A DNA stretch of 64,000 nt from an uncultured virus (IMG/VR IMGVR_UViG_2713896875_000003) (taxonomy: Duplodnaviria; Heunggongvirae; Uroviricota; Caudoviricetes), in the IMG/VR virus record IMGVR_UViG_2713896875_000003, positions 1 to 64,000 of that record; one strand, given 5' to 3'. Below are positions 10,593 to 21,257 of this stretch, piece after piece. The stretch's first letter is position 1, and each line of letters opens with the position of its first letter. Under the pieces are notes generated by a model that searched no databases, was not told where the DNA came from, and was given only the letters and a program-made list of their open reading frames with translations. Position numbers and translations under genes: made by a program.

Positions 10593-11864
10593 ATGAATAA
10601 GAAAAGAATTGTCTTTGGGCTTCTCTCTTTTTTCTTGCCTATATTTTTAGTCTTTGGAGGCTTACTTTTTTTTCTTTTATTATTAACGAGTACGTCAGAT
10701 ACTTCAAAAAATGATTGTATTCAGCCAAGTATAAATAATCCAACTGATGCGACAGATACACCTAAATCGATCGAACAGTTTGTAAAAAGCCATAAAGATG
10801 CTTACCTTTTATCATGGAAAGCAGGTGGCTTTTTACCGTCTGCTAGTATTTCTCAAACGATGGTAGAAAATGGGTTTAATTTTACTAATCCATCGGGGAC
10901 GTCATTTTGGCAGGCACACAATATGGGCGGTGTTAAAACGTCAAAAAAAGAAGATTTTCCTGTAACTTTAGCAACATTCGGCCAAGATTCTGTTGATATT
11001 TCTGGTACAAAGCCAGGGTCAAACGTCGGTGATGGCACTGGTGGGGCATATACCTGGTTTAAAGACTACAATGCTGGAATTGTTGGAAAAGCAGAATTTA
11101 TGGCACACCAGACACTGTATACAGGTGCTATCAATAATACTGACGGATTAAGTACTTTATCAGCTATTTATTCAGGAGGATGGGCTACAGACCCTACTTA
11201 CCTCATGAAGTTACAGGCCACATACAACAGCTTAGGCAAACAGTTTCAATGGTTGGACCAAGAAGCAATACAGAAATATGGTAATGCACCGTTTAAAAAG
11301 AGCGAACTTGTCCCAAATATTCCCGGAAAATCGCCAATCACAAACGAAAAATCTGGTAAAAATTCTGATTGCGTTGTTACTTCAGATACATCCGATCAAG
11401 TTACAGGACAAAATACTGCCCCATCATTAGAAGTACCAAGTGCTTATAAAGGAAAGTTAACACTTCCGCCTATCGATTCGAATGATTACGCTGGAAATAA
11501 CTATCCTTTTGGACAATGTACGTGGTACGCCTATAATCGTATGGCGCAAATTGGCAAACCAATTGAATGGTTTTCAGGTGATGGCGGAAATGGCGCAGGT
11601 TGGGCTAATTCTGCTCGTGCGAAAGGGTACACAGTAGTAAAAGGAAAACCAAGTGTTGGTTGGGCAGCTAGTATGCAAGGTGGCATAGGAGGTTCTGCAC
11701 CGCCCTATGGGCATGTGGCAGTTGTAGAGTATGTCAATTCTGACGGCAGTATTCTTGTGAGTGAAGCAAATGTTATTAATCAAGGCTCTGGTACGCGTTC
11801 ATGGCGAGTATTAGACAGAGCAACGGTTGAACAAATTGATTTTATTCAAGGAAAGGGAGCGTAG
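10593..11864 (+). CDS. Conjugative peptidoglycan hydrolase (glucosaminidase-like plus CHAP; VirB1 analogue)
   Basis: N-terminal TM; GWATDPTY; CHAP motifs YPFGQCTWY and YGHVAVVE. Confidence 0.88.
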   Translation: MNKKRIVFGLLSFFLPIFLVFGGLLFFLLLLTSTSDTSKNDCIQPSINNPTDATDTPKSIEQFVKSHKDAYLLSWKAGGFLPSASISQTMVENGFNFTNPSGTSFWQAHNMGGVKTSKKEDFPVTLATFGQDSVDISGTKPGSNVGDGTGGAYTWFKDYNAGIVGKAEFMAHQTLYTGAINNTDGLSTLSAIYSGGWATDPTYLMKLQATYNSLGKQFQWLDQEAIQKYGNAPFKKSELVPNIPGKSPITNEKSGKNSDCVVTSDTSDQVTGQNTAPSLEVPSAYKGKLTLPPIDSNDYAGNNYPFGQCTWYAYNRMAQIGKPIEWFSGDGGNGAGWANSARAKGYTVVKGKPSVGWAASMQGGIGGSAPPYGHVAVVEYVNSDGSILVSEANVINQGSGTRSWRVLDRATVEQIDFIQGKGA

Positions 11865-11866
11865 CA

Positions 11867-12484
11867 ATGAGGGAGCGTTTAAAGCAAGCACAACCACTAG
11901 TGATCGTTCTTTTACTTGTTTTACTGACCACTTTAGGAGGCGGTTATTTCAATGAGAAAAAAGAAAATGCACAAATAAAAAATCAAAAAGAGAAAGAGCA
12001 GCAAGTCCTAAAGAAAACTTTAGAAGAAAAAAACGGACAATTGAATGATTTATCGAGAAAAATTGAACAATTATTGGATGAAAAAGAAGATCCTGTTAAT
12101 GAGCCATTAACAAAAGCAGTGAATGCCTTATTTTCACTTGTGTTTGACTATGATTCTAGCAATAAAGAACAAACAGTCGCTAAAAGAAAAGAAAAAGCAA
12201 CTGTTTATGCGACAGAGCAAGGGCTATCCGGGGTATTCCCAAGGGATGCAGATAAAGTTGTTCCTAGTGTTGTGACCGTTTCTCAATTAGATAAGGCACC
12301 TGAAATTTATCGAACCACACAAAAAGATACAGGAAAAGAAAAAACAGCATTGGTCCGGCTAGAATATTCAGTTCGAATCGCAGGAAGCCAAGCGCAACGT
12401 GGAAATTTTATTTATAAGGTAACTTTCAATGAAGAAAGCAAGAAATTTACAACCATTGAGAATTTAGGTGAGGAAAATCAGTAA
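11867..12484 (+). CDS. Membrane-anchored transfer protein
   Basis: 205 aa, N-terminal TM plus coiled coil. Confidence 0.7.
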   Translation: MRERLKQAQPLVIVLLLVLLTTLGGGYFNEKKENAQIKNQKEKEQQVLKKTLEEKNGQLNDLSRKIEQLLDEKEDPVNEPLTKAVNALFSLVFDYDSSNKEQTVAKRKEKATVYATEQGLSGVFPRDADKVVPSVVTVSQLDKAPEIYRTTQKDTGKEKTALVRLEYSVRIAGSQAQRGNFIYKVTFNEESKKFTTIENLGEENQ

Positions 12485-12884
12485 AAAAGTACGAATTACA
12501 ACGCTTATTAGTTTAATGCTTGTTTTAGGGGGGATAAGCCTCTTTTTATTTATGGTAAAACAAAATGAAAAGGCAATGCTCAATCAGGAAAAGGAGCGAG
12601 CGACCGTAGTTTTAGCAGACAATGAAACACGTGTCTTATTTTTTTACAAAGATACGTGTGCTGATTGTCAAAAGGTCTATCCGAAGGTTTACGAAGAGGA
12701 CCAGGGCGAAAACAACATTGTATTTATCAATTTAAATCAACCTAAAAACCGTCACTATATAAAGACCTATACGTTGGAAAAAGTACCAACATTTGTTACA
12801 CCGAAAAGAAGATACGTAGGAACAGATACGAGAAAAATTCAGCAATTAATTGCTGAAAATAACGACGAAAGAAGTGAAGATTAA
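12468..12884 (+). CDS. Membrane-anchored thioredoxin-fold protein
   Basis: FYKDTCADCQK CxxC motif and VPTF cis-Pro motif. Confidence 0.75.
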   Translation: MRKISKKVRITTLISLMLVLGGISLFLFMVKQNEKAMLNQEKERATVVLADNETRVLFFYKDTCADCQKVYPKVYEEDQGENNIVFINLNQPKNRHYIKTYTLEKVPTFVTPKRRYVGTDTRKIQQLIAENNDERSED

Positions 12885-13198
12885 TGCACGAAAATCATGT
12901 GAATGAAACGGAGACAGCCGTAGAAAATACGGAACGTATTGCTAAAAATTATGCTTATGAACGCCCAGCGATTCAAACGGCGCTATTTATCTTATGGCGG
13001 GTGCATAATAAGCAGTATCAAACAGGCGCTCGGATATTTTACGACGAATTAGAAAAGGCCACCAAGACGTCTAAGACCGCTTATAAAGAAGCATTAGCTT
13101 TTTTAGAAGGTGCAGGCATGGTGGTAAACGAGGTTGTCGTAGAAAGTAAAGTCCCCCAATCGTTAATTCAACGTTACGGGATTTTAAAAGATGAGTAA
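12884..13198 (+). CDS. Hypothetical protein
   Basis: 104 aa, translationally coupled (TAATG). Confidence 0.7.
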   Translation: MHENHVNETETAVENTERIAKNYAYERPAIQTALFILWRVHNKQYQTGARIFYDELEKATKTSKTAYKEALAFLEGAGMVVNEVVVESKVPQSLIQRYGILKDE

Positions 13199-14225
13199 CA
13201 AAAAGGCTGTATTCAATCCGCAAGCAGGGAAGCAAGCCCAGAAAGAAAAAGTGAGGAAAGAGACACGTGTTTCTTCATTGGTTCAAATAATCCGAGCAAT
13301 CTTCAGGAAGAAAGAGAAAGAACCAGAAAATTCTCGAACCATTCGTTTTTCGCCACGTTCGGCGAAAAGTATTTACTCAATGGTGTTTTTCCTTTTATTT
13401 TTCTTGATAAGCTTATTTTTATTAATGAGTTTTGGACGATTAAACACGCTTACAAGGCTTGCGATGCAAAAGCAAGTAAATCGTGAGGAAATTATTGAAA
13501 GCGTGAATAAAGGCGTAGCTGCAAGTGATCAATTGAAATATGACGGAATGAAACTTGTGGATCGATTATTTACAGTGTCCTCAAAATTAGAAGGAAAAGA
13601 GTACTGGGAAGCGCAAATAACCCCTTATTTAGCTGCTGGATTGCGTGCAGAAGATTTAGGTCTTGATAAGACAAATGATGACCGCGTTGCACGAAATGTA
13701 CGCTTTATTCGATTAGAAACAGTTGATTATAAAGAATCACTTTACAGCTTGTACTATGATGTCCGTTTTACTGAAGGGAAAGAATGGCGCCAAGTGCAAG
13801 TGATTTTGCCTGTTAGTTATGCAGAAAATGAACTGAAGTTACTTGATAGACCAACGTTAATGAATTTAGCGAAGACAAGTGAGAGTAACAAAGTTGCTTA
13901 TGACGAGCAACGTTTTATACCTAAAGGAAAAGAAGTAAATGAAGAAGAAACAAAAAAACTAACGGAATTTACCAATCGTTTCTTTGAATTATATGTAAAA
14001 AATGATGAAAAGTTAGGACTAATTGCCAATGTAAAAGGACTAGAACATGCGACGCTAGAAAAAGTAGATATTACAAGTCTAAGAGAAACAGGACAAGGGG
14101 TCTATGATGTTCGAGGAACCTACCAATTCAGTTATGAAGGGAAAAGTCCGCTAACGTCTAACTTCTCATTACAAATTGAAGCAACAAAAGATAGTTATTT
14201 TATTAAAAAAATGAATGGAGTGTAA
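13191..14225 (+). CDS. TcpC-like (VirB8-like) conjugation protein
   Basis: 344 aa, one TM followed by an extracellular region; FTNRFFELY motif; position before TcpD/E. Confidence 0.75.
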   Translation: MSNKKAVFNPQAGKQAQKEKVRKETRVSSLVQIIRAIFRKKEKEPENSRTIRFSPRSAKSIYSMVFFLLFFLISLFLLMSFGRLNTLTRLAMQKQVNREEIIESVNKGVAASDQLKYDGMKLVDRLFTVSSKLEGKEYWEAQITPYLAAGLRAEDLGLDKTNDDRVARNVRFIRLETVDYKESLYSLYYDVRFTEGKEWRQVQVILPVSYAENELKLLDRPTLMNLAKTSESNKVAYDEQRFIPKGKEVNEEETKKLTEFTNRFFELYVKNDEKLGLIANVKGLEHATLEKVDITSLRETGQGVYDVRGTYQFSYEGKSPLTSNFSLQIEATKDSYFIKKMNGV

Positions 14226-14229
14226 GAAT

Positions 14230-14490
14230 ATGTTTGATTTATCTGGTTTAGCAAATAATATTTCCTCACAGGTGATTATACTATTGGTGATTTTAGGACT
14301 GGTATCCTTAGTTGTAGCGGTTGCAACACAAGGGGCCGCACGAGGAATTGCGACAGTCTGCTTAATCTTAATTTTAATCGCGTTGGTTTTAGTGTTAAAA
14401 GATGCTGAAAAAATTGGTACCTGGTTGAAAGACTTAATTTTCAAACCAAATGCCGGCTTTATTTTCCCAATAAAAGGTTGGCGATTTTGA
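14230..14490 (+). CDS. TcpD-like small two-TM protein
   Basis: Two hydrophobic helices; RBS GGAG. Confidence 0.6.
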   Translation: MFDLSGLANNISSQVIILLVILGLVSLVVAVATQGAARGIATVCLILILIALVLVLKDAEKIGTWLKDLIFKPNAGFIFPIKGWRF

Positions 14491-14879
14491 TGGAATATAA
14501 TTACACACGAGAATTTAAACAACCTCACAAGATTTACAGTATCAAAGGGGTAGCATTGCCTTTTGCGCCAAACGGCATTCGATTGGAACAAATTTTTGTA
14601 GGTATTGGTATCCTTATTCTCTTATTGATATTCGCGATTATTTCATTTGTCGCTAAAATCAATTTTTTTACCACAATTATTGCTAATTTTTGGTTGATTC
14701 TTATAGTAGGAGTGGGCGTCCTTGTGTGGACGCTCTTTTCTTTAAAATGGGATAATAAGAGCTTTCTTGATTATCTAATTGGTCGAGGAAACTTCTTGTA
14801 TCAAAAGAAAAAAAGATATGAACATGGGCTACTTGTCCAATTCCATAAAGAAAAAGTCCAATACAAAGTTAGAAAATAA
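14490..14879 (+). CDS. TcpE-like (VirB3-like) membrane protein
   Basis: YNYTREFKQPHKIYSIKG N-terminus, two TMs, WDNKSFLDY. Confidence 0.75.
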   Translation: MEYNYTREFKQPHKIYSIKGVALPFAPNGIRLEQIFVGIGILILLLIFAIISFVAKINFFTTIIANFWLILIVGVGVLVWTLFSLKWDNKSFLDYLIGRGNFLYQKKKRYEHGLLVQFHKEKVQYKVRK

Positions 14880-14910
14880 CAGTAAAGTGTTTACAAAGAG
14901 ATTGTGAGGG

Positions 14911-15393
14911 ATGAAGGTGGATAAAAGAATTGAAGCTGTGACAAAATTTTTAGAGTCTTTAGGAACTGTAGAAGATTACACCGAGGATGTAGCTGTTAAG
15001 TATAGAAACTTGATTCTGAAATCGTATGAATTATACGAGAATAAGTATAACGATACTGTTGACGACAGTTTATGTATAGAAGTTTGGTCAAACGGGACTT
15101 ATGTTGTTACAAACGAGGATTTATCTTTTGATTGTGAGAGCGAAGAAGATTTACAAAAGCTAAAAGAATTGTTTGTTAACACGTCATTTTATATAACCAT
15201 TAATGAATTAAATAAAGTAGGTCATAAGGCTACTTTATCCGTCAAAGCTAAAGCAAAAAATTTAAGGGAACTGGGGCAGTTAATTAAAGAATACAGAAGT
15301 TGTAATTGCAAATATTTAAAGGATAAAGTAACCGAAATAATTGGTGATGATGGGCGTGTTTATTTAGATAGGATAAGTGAACGGATGGACTAA
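14911..15393 (+). CDS. Acidic hypothetical protein within the tra operon
   Basis: 160 aa ORF with RBS GAGG. Confidence 0.65.
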   Translation: MKVDKRIEAVTKFLESLGTVEDYTEDVAVKYRNLILKSYELYENKYNDTVDDSLCIEVWSNGTYVVTNEDLSFDCESEEDLQKLKELFVNTSFYITINELNKVGHKATLSVKAKAKNLRELGQLIKEYRSCNCKYLKDKVTEIIGDDGRVYLDRISERMD

Positions 15394-15396
15394 GCA

Positions 15397-15405
15397 TGCT
15401 ATAAT
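15397..15405 (+). promoter_or_regulatory. Extended -10 promoter upstream of ssb
   Basis: TGCTATAAT about 80 nt before the ssb start. Confidence 0.5.
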
Positions 15406-15482
15406 GGTTAGAAACCATAAAGAAGCCTTATTTACAAAAGTAGTAACAAAAAATACAACTACATGAGTAGGAGGTAAATATC

Positions 15483-15941
15483 TTGATTAATAACGTTACA
15501 TTAGTTGGACGATTAACCAAAGACCCAGATTTAAGGTATACGCAAAGTGGAACAGCCGTAGGTCAATTTACGTTGGCCATTAATCGCAACTTTACCAACG
15601 CTAACAATGAAAGGGAAGCAGATTTTATCAACTGTGTTATTTGGCGGAAAGCTGCAGAGTCATTAGCAAATTATGCAACAAAAGGGACTCTGATCGGTTT
15701 AACTGGTCGCATTCAAACAAGAAACTATGAGAATCAACAAGGCCAGCGTATTTATGTAACTGAGGTTGTCACAGAAAGCTTCCAACTATTAGAATCAAGA
15801 GAAGTAAACGAGCAACGAAAAGAACAGGCTACAGGTAAAGCTACGTTTGATAAACAGTCAATGGATAAACCTGATCCTCTGGATCCATTTTCGCCAGAAA
15901 ATAGCATAGTGGATATTTCTGATAATGACCTGCCGTTTTAA
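15483..15941 (+). CDS. ssb: Single-stranded DNA-binding protein
   Basis: [16 protein letters not shown]-fold start, acidic DLPF tail. Confidence 0.95.
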   Translation: MINNVTLVGRLTKDPDLRYTQSGTAVGQFTLAINRNFTNANNEREADFINCVIWRKAAESLANYATKGTLIGLTGRIQTRNYENQQGQRIYVTEVVTESFQLLESREVNEQRKEQATGKATFDKQSMDKPDPLDPFSPENSIVDISDNDLPF

Positions 15942-15964
15942 TGATTTATAAGTGAATAAACAAC

Positions 15965-15999
15965 AAAGGACGAGTGAACAGATCGCTCGTCTTTTTTTT
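15965..15999 (+). terminator. Intrinsic terminator between ssb and virB4
   Basis: AAAGGACGAGTGA...TCGCTCGTCTTT plus long T-run. Confidence 0.7.
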
Positions 16000-16045
16000 G
16001 TACAAGTGTAAAAAAATAGTGATTGCAAAGAAAGGAGTTGATAAG

Positions 16046-18538
16046 GTGCCATTAAAAAGTAAAGAGCCGCGCTTAGACTTTCCAATTGAAGCCATTACGA
16101 ATAATTTTCTTTTTACAACCTCTAACGACGTGTGGGTAGGTTATAAACTTGCACACCAAGTATTTCCTTTGAATAATTTAGACTTTTTCAAGGAATACAT
16201 AGAGGACGGAAAAGGCGTATTCGAGCAAGACACGTTCGACTACCATTTTATGAATATTCCAGAATACTTTGATCTCGACGAACAGATTGAAGCGACAATC
16301 GATAACCTGGTAAAGGGAAGCTTTGCGGATTTAGGAGAAACCTATTTCCGACAAGCGGGTGATATTCTAAAAGACGAAGTCCAAATGAATAAATATAGTA
16401 CGTATTTGTTCATTCGTTTTACCGCACCTATACAAGTTGCTAATCCTATGGAGTATATAGAATTGTTCAAGGAAGTTGGACGTAAGGCAATCAATGCTTT
16501 AACAGGGGTTCATGTACCAGTTAGCCAACTTTATCGCGCATATCAAGGATTAGAAAACAAGATTTACAAAGACTTATCAAATTTTAAAAATGTGGAACGC
16601 ATGGATCCAAGAACCATAGGTCGATTGTTTTATTATTTCTTTCACCGTGCAAATACCCGTTTACCTGAACGAACGTTACTTCCGGAAGAAATGACGGAGG
16701 GGATTATTGAAAATAACACGGGATATATGACTATTGAACAATTGGATAAAACACATTACCTTGCTTTTTTACCGTTGATCAGTTTGCCAACGAGTATGTT
16801 TGGAAGTGCGATTATACAAAACTTGCAGGATAGTTTGAGTACCACGATTGAAACCCATGTCAAGGTTACATTTCGCCACCCAGATAAAGATAAACGCGAT
16901 GTACACAAACGTCGTAAAAGAATCTATGAACAGGACAAAGAGCAAACACAAGTTGACGGTATTTTAGACGAAGACGAAGTGATTTTATTTGGGGAAGAGC
17001 GCTTGCATGAACTAAGTAAAAAGATACGTAGTAAAGAACGACGATTGTGTCGTATGACGACAACGTTTGTACTTTCAGCCGATAGTAAACAAGCATTAGA
17101 AGAGAAAATAAAAGAACTCGAATTTGTTTTGGACGGTACAGACTACAAGTTGTATCGTCCGCTAGTCGACCAATTAACATTGTTTAATCAGTGTTTAATT
17201 GGCGCTAAGAGTCAATTTAAAAGCTATGAGCATGTTGTTTCAACAGGTTATGTAGCGGACCTTGGAATGGATTTAGAAAAAGAAATTGGTAACCGCTATG
17301 GCATGCCTCTAGGTCGTGTCATAACTGCTAAAAAATTCAAGTCCGTACAACAGGCACTTTCTTTATCAAGCAAAATCGTATGGTTTTTCCCAAACTTGAC
17401 TAAAAAAGCCATAGAAGGCGCACAATATACAAATGGGAATACGCTAATCATTGGCCCACCTGGGTAAGGAAAGTCAGTACTTGTTAAGTACATTTTCTTG
17501 TGGTTAACGTTTTTAGGACAAAAAATACTTTATATTGATCCTAAAAATGAAACCGTCCTTTTTTTCAAACGAGCATTAGATAAGTTCGGACATATTCCAG
17601 AATTTAAAGCTTTGTATCAACGTATTAACTTTATTTCGCTATCAAGTGAAGAAAGGTATCGAGGAATGTTAGATCCATTGCTATTTCTGCCAAGAGAAGA
17701 AGCTATTCAAACCGCACGAAACGTGTTAGAAAATTTTGGTGAAGTTACGACAGACAGTCACACTGCAAGTGATAAGAAGACGCTGATTTTAGATTCTGTC
17801 AATGCGGTGATGAAAGGTAAAGGGAAAAAACACCTAACGAAAGTAATCGAGGTTATTCGCGAAAAAGACCCTAAATTAGCCAATTTAATTTCTGGCCACA
17901 ATGTTGGGTTAGGTAAAATTCTTTTAGGGAACGATTACAGCGAACCTATTCGCTTTGAAAATCAAATCAATGTCTTAGGTACCCAGGGGCTTAAAATCCC
18001 TACACAAGCGGAAATAGACAGCGGACGATTAAACAATGAACAAATCGCAGGCATGTCTATTATGGAAGTTATTATGAAAATGACAACGATCTTCTCTACA
18101 GATAAAACTGAAGATGCTGCGATTATTTTCGATGAAGCGAAAGGATTTGAAGACACGGCCCAAGGACGTTTTCTAATTGAAGGAAGTTTACGTCAAGGAC
18201 GTGCGAACATGACCGATATATACCTTGTCACACAAGCGTTTATGGATTATGATAAAGAAGATAAAAAAGAACTATTGTCTTATAAATTTGCGTTCCGGCC
18301 AAACCAAAAAGAAGCACAGAAAAAAGTTTTAGAATTTTTTGGTATGGATACGAACCCAGCAAATATTCAGTTAATTAATGAACTAAAATCAGGGACTTGT
18401 TTATTCCAAGACCATCGAGGGCGTAGCCAGCCTATTGCAATTGATGTTTTATTCGATAGTTGGTTAATGGCCGTTTCGTCTACTAATAAAGAGGATGAAG
18501 CTACTCAAATGGCGTTGGCAATGGAACAAGGATCATAA
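16046..18538 (+). pseudogene. VirB4/TcpF-like conjugation ATPase interrupted by a nonsense codon
   Basis: GTG 16046 with RBS AGGAG; Walker A reads GPPG-TAA(17465-17467)-GKS; same frame continues through Walker B IIFDEA to 18538. Confidence 0.9.
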
Positions 18539-18554
18539 AAAAGGAGAAGTGAGC

Positions 18555-18899
18555 ATGAAAAAAGTACTACCTTTTATTGCCTTAGTCGGCTTGTTATTGT
18601 TGTCAGGTTGTGGAACAGATATGAAAAAGATATTAACTTCCGATGGTGGTAAATGGGAAGGGACGGGTTTTGGTGTGTCAACTCAATTCACTTTTTATAA
18701 AGATGGAGAAGTTAGTTTATTAGAGTCTGGATCAAGCTATAGCGGAACATACAGTTACAACGATAAGGAAGAAAAATTGACTATTGATATAAGTAACATA
18801 GGCAAAAACATTTTTTCTGATGTAAAAGAAAAGAATGGGAAAATAACTGCTAAGTATGGGAAAAACAAAATATCTCTTGAAAAAGTCAAAGAAAAATAA
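18555..18899 (+). CDS. Small lipoprotein (possible entry exclusion)
   Basis: Lipobox LLSGC; RBS AGGAG; lies between virB4 and virB6. Confidence 0.75.
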   Translation: MKKVLPFIALVGLLLLSGCGTDMKKILTSDGGKWEGTGFGVSTQFTFYKDGEVSLLESGSSYSGTYSYNDKEEKLTIDISNIGKNIFSDVKEKNGKITAKYGKNKISLEKVKEK

Positions 18900-18910
18900 G
18901 AGGTGATACC

Positions 18911-21256
18911 TTGAACAAGAAATTATTAATTAAAACAGCCTTACTGTTTCTAGTAGGCTGTTTTTTTGTTGTTACACAAACTACATCTGTTAATGCAGCA
19001 CCTAAACCTGATGAAAATAAAGTTATTGTTACAGAGCCGACTACTAATGTAGATACAATTTATGATACTTACAAAGATAATGCTTTTGAGTTAATGACTA
19101 AGGAAAAAGAGAAAGAATCTGTAACGGGTTTTAATGAAGCTATCACTAATGCTTCTGCGACAATAAAGACTTTTGTTTGGTCAATGGTAAAAGGACTCGG
19201 AGAGTTTAATGCAGTTATGGTAAAAACACTATTTAGTATGGATATTATAACTGCTATTAAGCAACCGATTATGAACCTAACGTCTAGCATAGCAACTAAT
19301 ATGTTGGGCATTGCAGGAACGATTGGTATTGCCTTTGTCTTTGTTATTTTAGGTGTAAAATTTATTGGACAACAACGATACAAACGGTTTTTTGGTATTT
19401 TTTTAATGACGATTCTTATTTTTACAGGTCTTTCCGTCCTAAAAGATGCCAACACATCCAATTCTTTGTTTGATATGATGTTTAGTGTAGATAAAGAAGT
19501 TGAGACCGCATTTGTGAATATTAATCCGGTCTTAGGTGATGTTAGTGTACCAATGACAGAGAAAGGGAAAGATAAGAACGGAAATGAAGTAGAGCAAAAA
19601 TTATCTGCAGATCAACGAGCAAAAAGTGCAGGAAATTTAATTGCTTCACGTGTTTTTTACACCAATGTGTATGAACCTTACTTGCTCATGAACTACGGAA
19701 CAAGTGATGTTAATAAAATCCGTAAGAAAACAGTGAAGTATAAAGACAAAGAATATGATCGAATCAACTTATTGTTAGACAACGATATGAATAGCGAAGA
19801 AAATGATAAGTTAATGGAAGAAGTTGTAAATTACGAAAGTAAAGACTTAAAGAACCGATCAATTATGTATTATAACAACTGGACCAATACTTTTTATGGT
19901 TTGTTTTACCTGATAGTTAACTTCATTCAAACAGTGGTGTATTTTCTGCTAAGTTTCTTACGATTAATTATTGCTGTCATTCAATTGTTCCTATTGCCGT
20001 TGTTACCGTTATTGTTGTTCGCAGGACTCTTTTTAACTGAAACCAACGTCTTTGCGAATTACTTTAAAACCTTTGGCATGACTATTTTTATGAAGGGAAT
20101 GGTTGGTTTTGCGACTATTTTCTTTGCAAGTTTCTTATCACTAGGGTTTCAATTAAGCAATCAGACAGAGAACGTGTGGCAGAAGATATTAACGATACTT
20201 ATTTATCTTCTTACACCGCTTGGCTTGTATGTCTTCCGGAAATTCTTTGCTAATCTTGTCACGGGACGTGTTTCACTTTCTGATGGTGTCGGGTTTATCG
20301 GAAATCCTTTTGGCACAGAAGCTAATATGCGTAGAGCGGCAAAAGAACAAAAACAAGAGAATAAGGAGCGCAGGAAACAGGCACAAGAAGAACGTAAAGC
20401 AGCTATTAAAAAACGTCAAGAAGAAGCAAGGAAACATGGTAAAGCAGAAACTGGCTTAAAACAACGACCATTAAATAAAGAACAAGAAAAACGTAGTGCG
20501 CTACGCCGTGAGTTGAAGCCAAGGCCTCAACATAAAGCGCCAAATGCTATCGAAAAAGCACAAGAAGGATTAAGACAAGCGCACGAAAAAGGACGTATGC
20601 AAGAACAGAAATCTGAAGAACAACTCAAACGGCAGCAACATGAATCAGCTCGTCAAAAAGAATATGAAAAAGATCGATTGAAAAAACAGGAATCACTTAA
20701 AAAAATTAATGATCAAAGCGACGAATCAACCAATTTAACAGCTTTAAGAAATCAAAATCGGCGTACTGGACAGCGAAGTAAAAAACGCGAAACAGGTCAT
20801 CAAACACTTATGAAACGACAAGGAGAAAAAGTACTTCAACCAACAAATAAACCAAAAGATATGAAAAAACAAGTGGTTGCTCGTAGTCCAAGACGAACAG
20901 GACAACCAACGACTCGTCAAAATATCCAACCAAAAGTAGCGGCCCAAATGGTCAAACGAAGTGGTGGAACGTTGGGAAGTAATCCTGCCTATCGACGTCC
21001 AGAAGTACGTAAAAAAATGGATCAAGTGAAGCAAGTAACGCAAGTTGATGTACCTCAAACGCATTCTACACCACAACGTGTACAACCCAAGGTAAATGAG
21101 CCAATCACACGTATGAATAGACATAATACGCCAATAATTAAGAAAGAAAAGAGAACTAAACAATCACCAGTTGTTCGCAGAGAACGCAAGAAACCTGGTA
21201 CACAGAAGATAACAAACAAACCTAAAGGAGTGAGACAACCTCGTGCAAGGAAATAA
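18911..21256 (+). CDS. VirB6/TcpH-like polytopic membrane protein with basic C-terminal tail
   Basis: Signal peptide, multiple TMs, long K/R/Q-rich tail. Confidence 0.8.
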   Translation: MNKKLLIKTALLFLVGCFFVVTQTTSVNAAPKPDENKVIVTEPTTNVDTIYDTYKDNAFELMTKEKEKESVTGFNEAITNASATIKTFVWSMVKGLGEFNAVMVKTLFSMDIITAIKQPIMNLTSSIATNMLGIAGTIGIAFVFVILGVKFIGQQRYKRFFGIFLMTILIFTGLSVLKDANTSNSLFDMMFSVDKEVETAFVNINPVLGDVSVPMTEKGKDKNGNEVEQKLSADQRAKSAGNLIASRVFYTNVYEPYLLMNYGTSDVNKIRKKTVKYKDKEYDRINLLLDNDMNSEENDKLMEEVVNYESKDLKNRSIMYYNNWTNTFYGLFYLIVNFIQTVVYFLLSFLRLIIAVIQLFLLPLLPLLLFAGLFLTETNVFANYFKTFGMTIFMKGMVGFATIFFASFLSLGFQLSNQTENVWQKILTILIYLLTPLGLYVFRKFFANLVTGRVSLSDGVGFIGNPFGTEANMRRAAKEQKQENKERRKQAQEERKAAIKKRQEEARKHGKAETGLKQRPLNKEQEKRSALRRELKPRPQHKAPNAIEKAQEGLRQAHEKGRMQEQKSEEQLKRQQHESARQKEYEKDRLKKQESLKKINDQSDESTNLTALRNQNRRTGQRSKKRETGHQTLMKRQGEKVLQPTNKPKDMKKQVVARSPRRTGQPTTRQNIQPKVAAQMVKRSGGTLGSNPAYRRPEVRKKMDQVKQVTQVDVPQTHSTPQRVQPKVNEPITRMNRHNTPIIKKEKRTKQSPVVRRERKKPGTQKITNKPKGVRQPRARK

Positions 21257-21257
21257 T

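Noticed and set aside
17465..17467. Programmed read-through or recoding of stops
   Set aside because: Isolated TAA codons, no suppressor tRNA seen, TAA used normally elsewhere, and a frameshifted gene nearby points to decay
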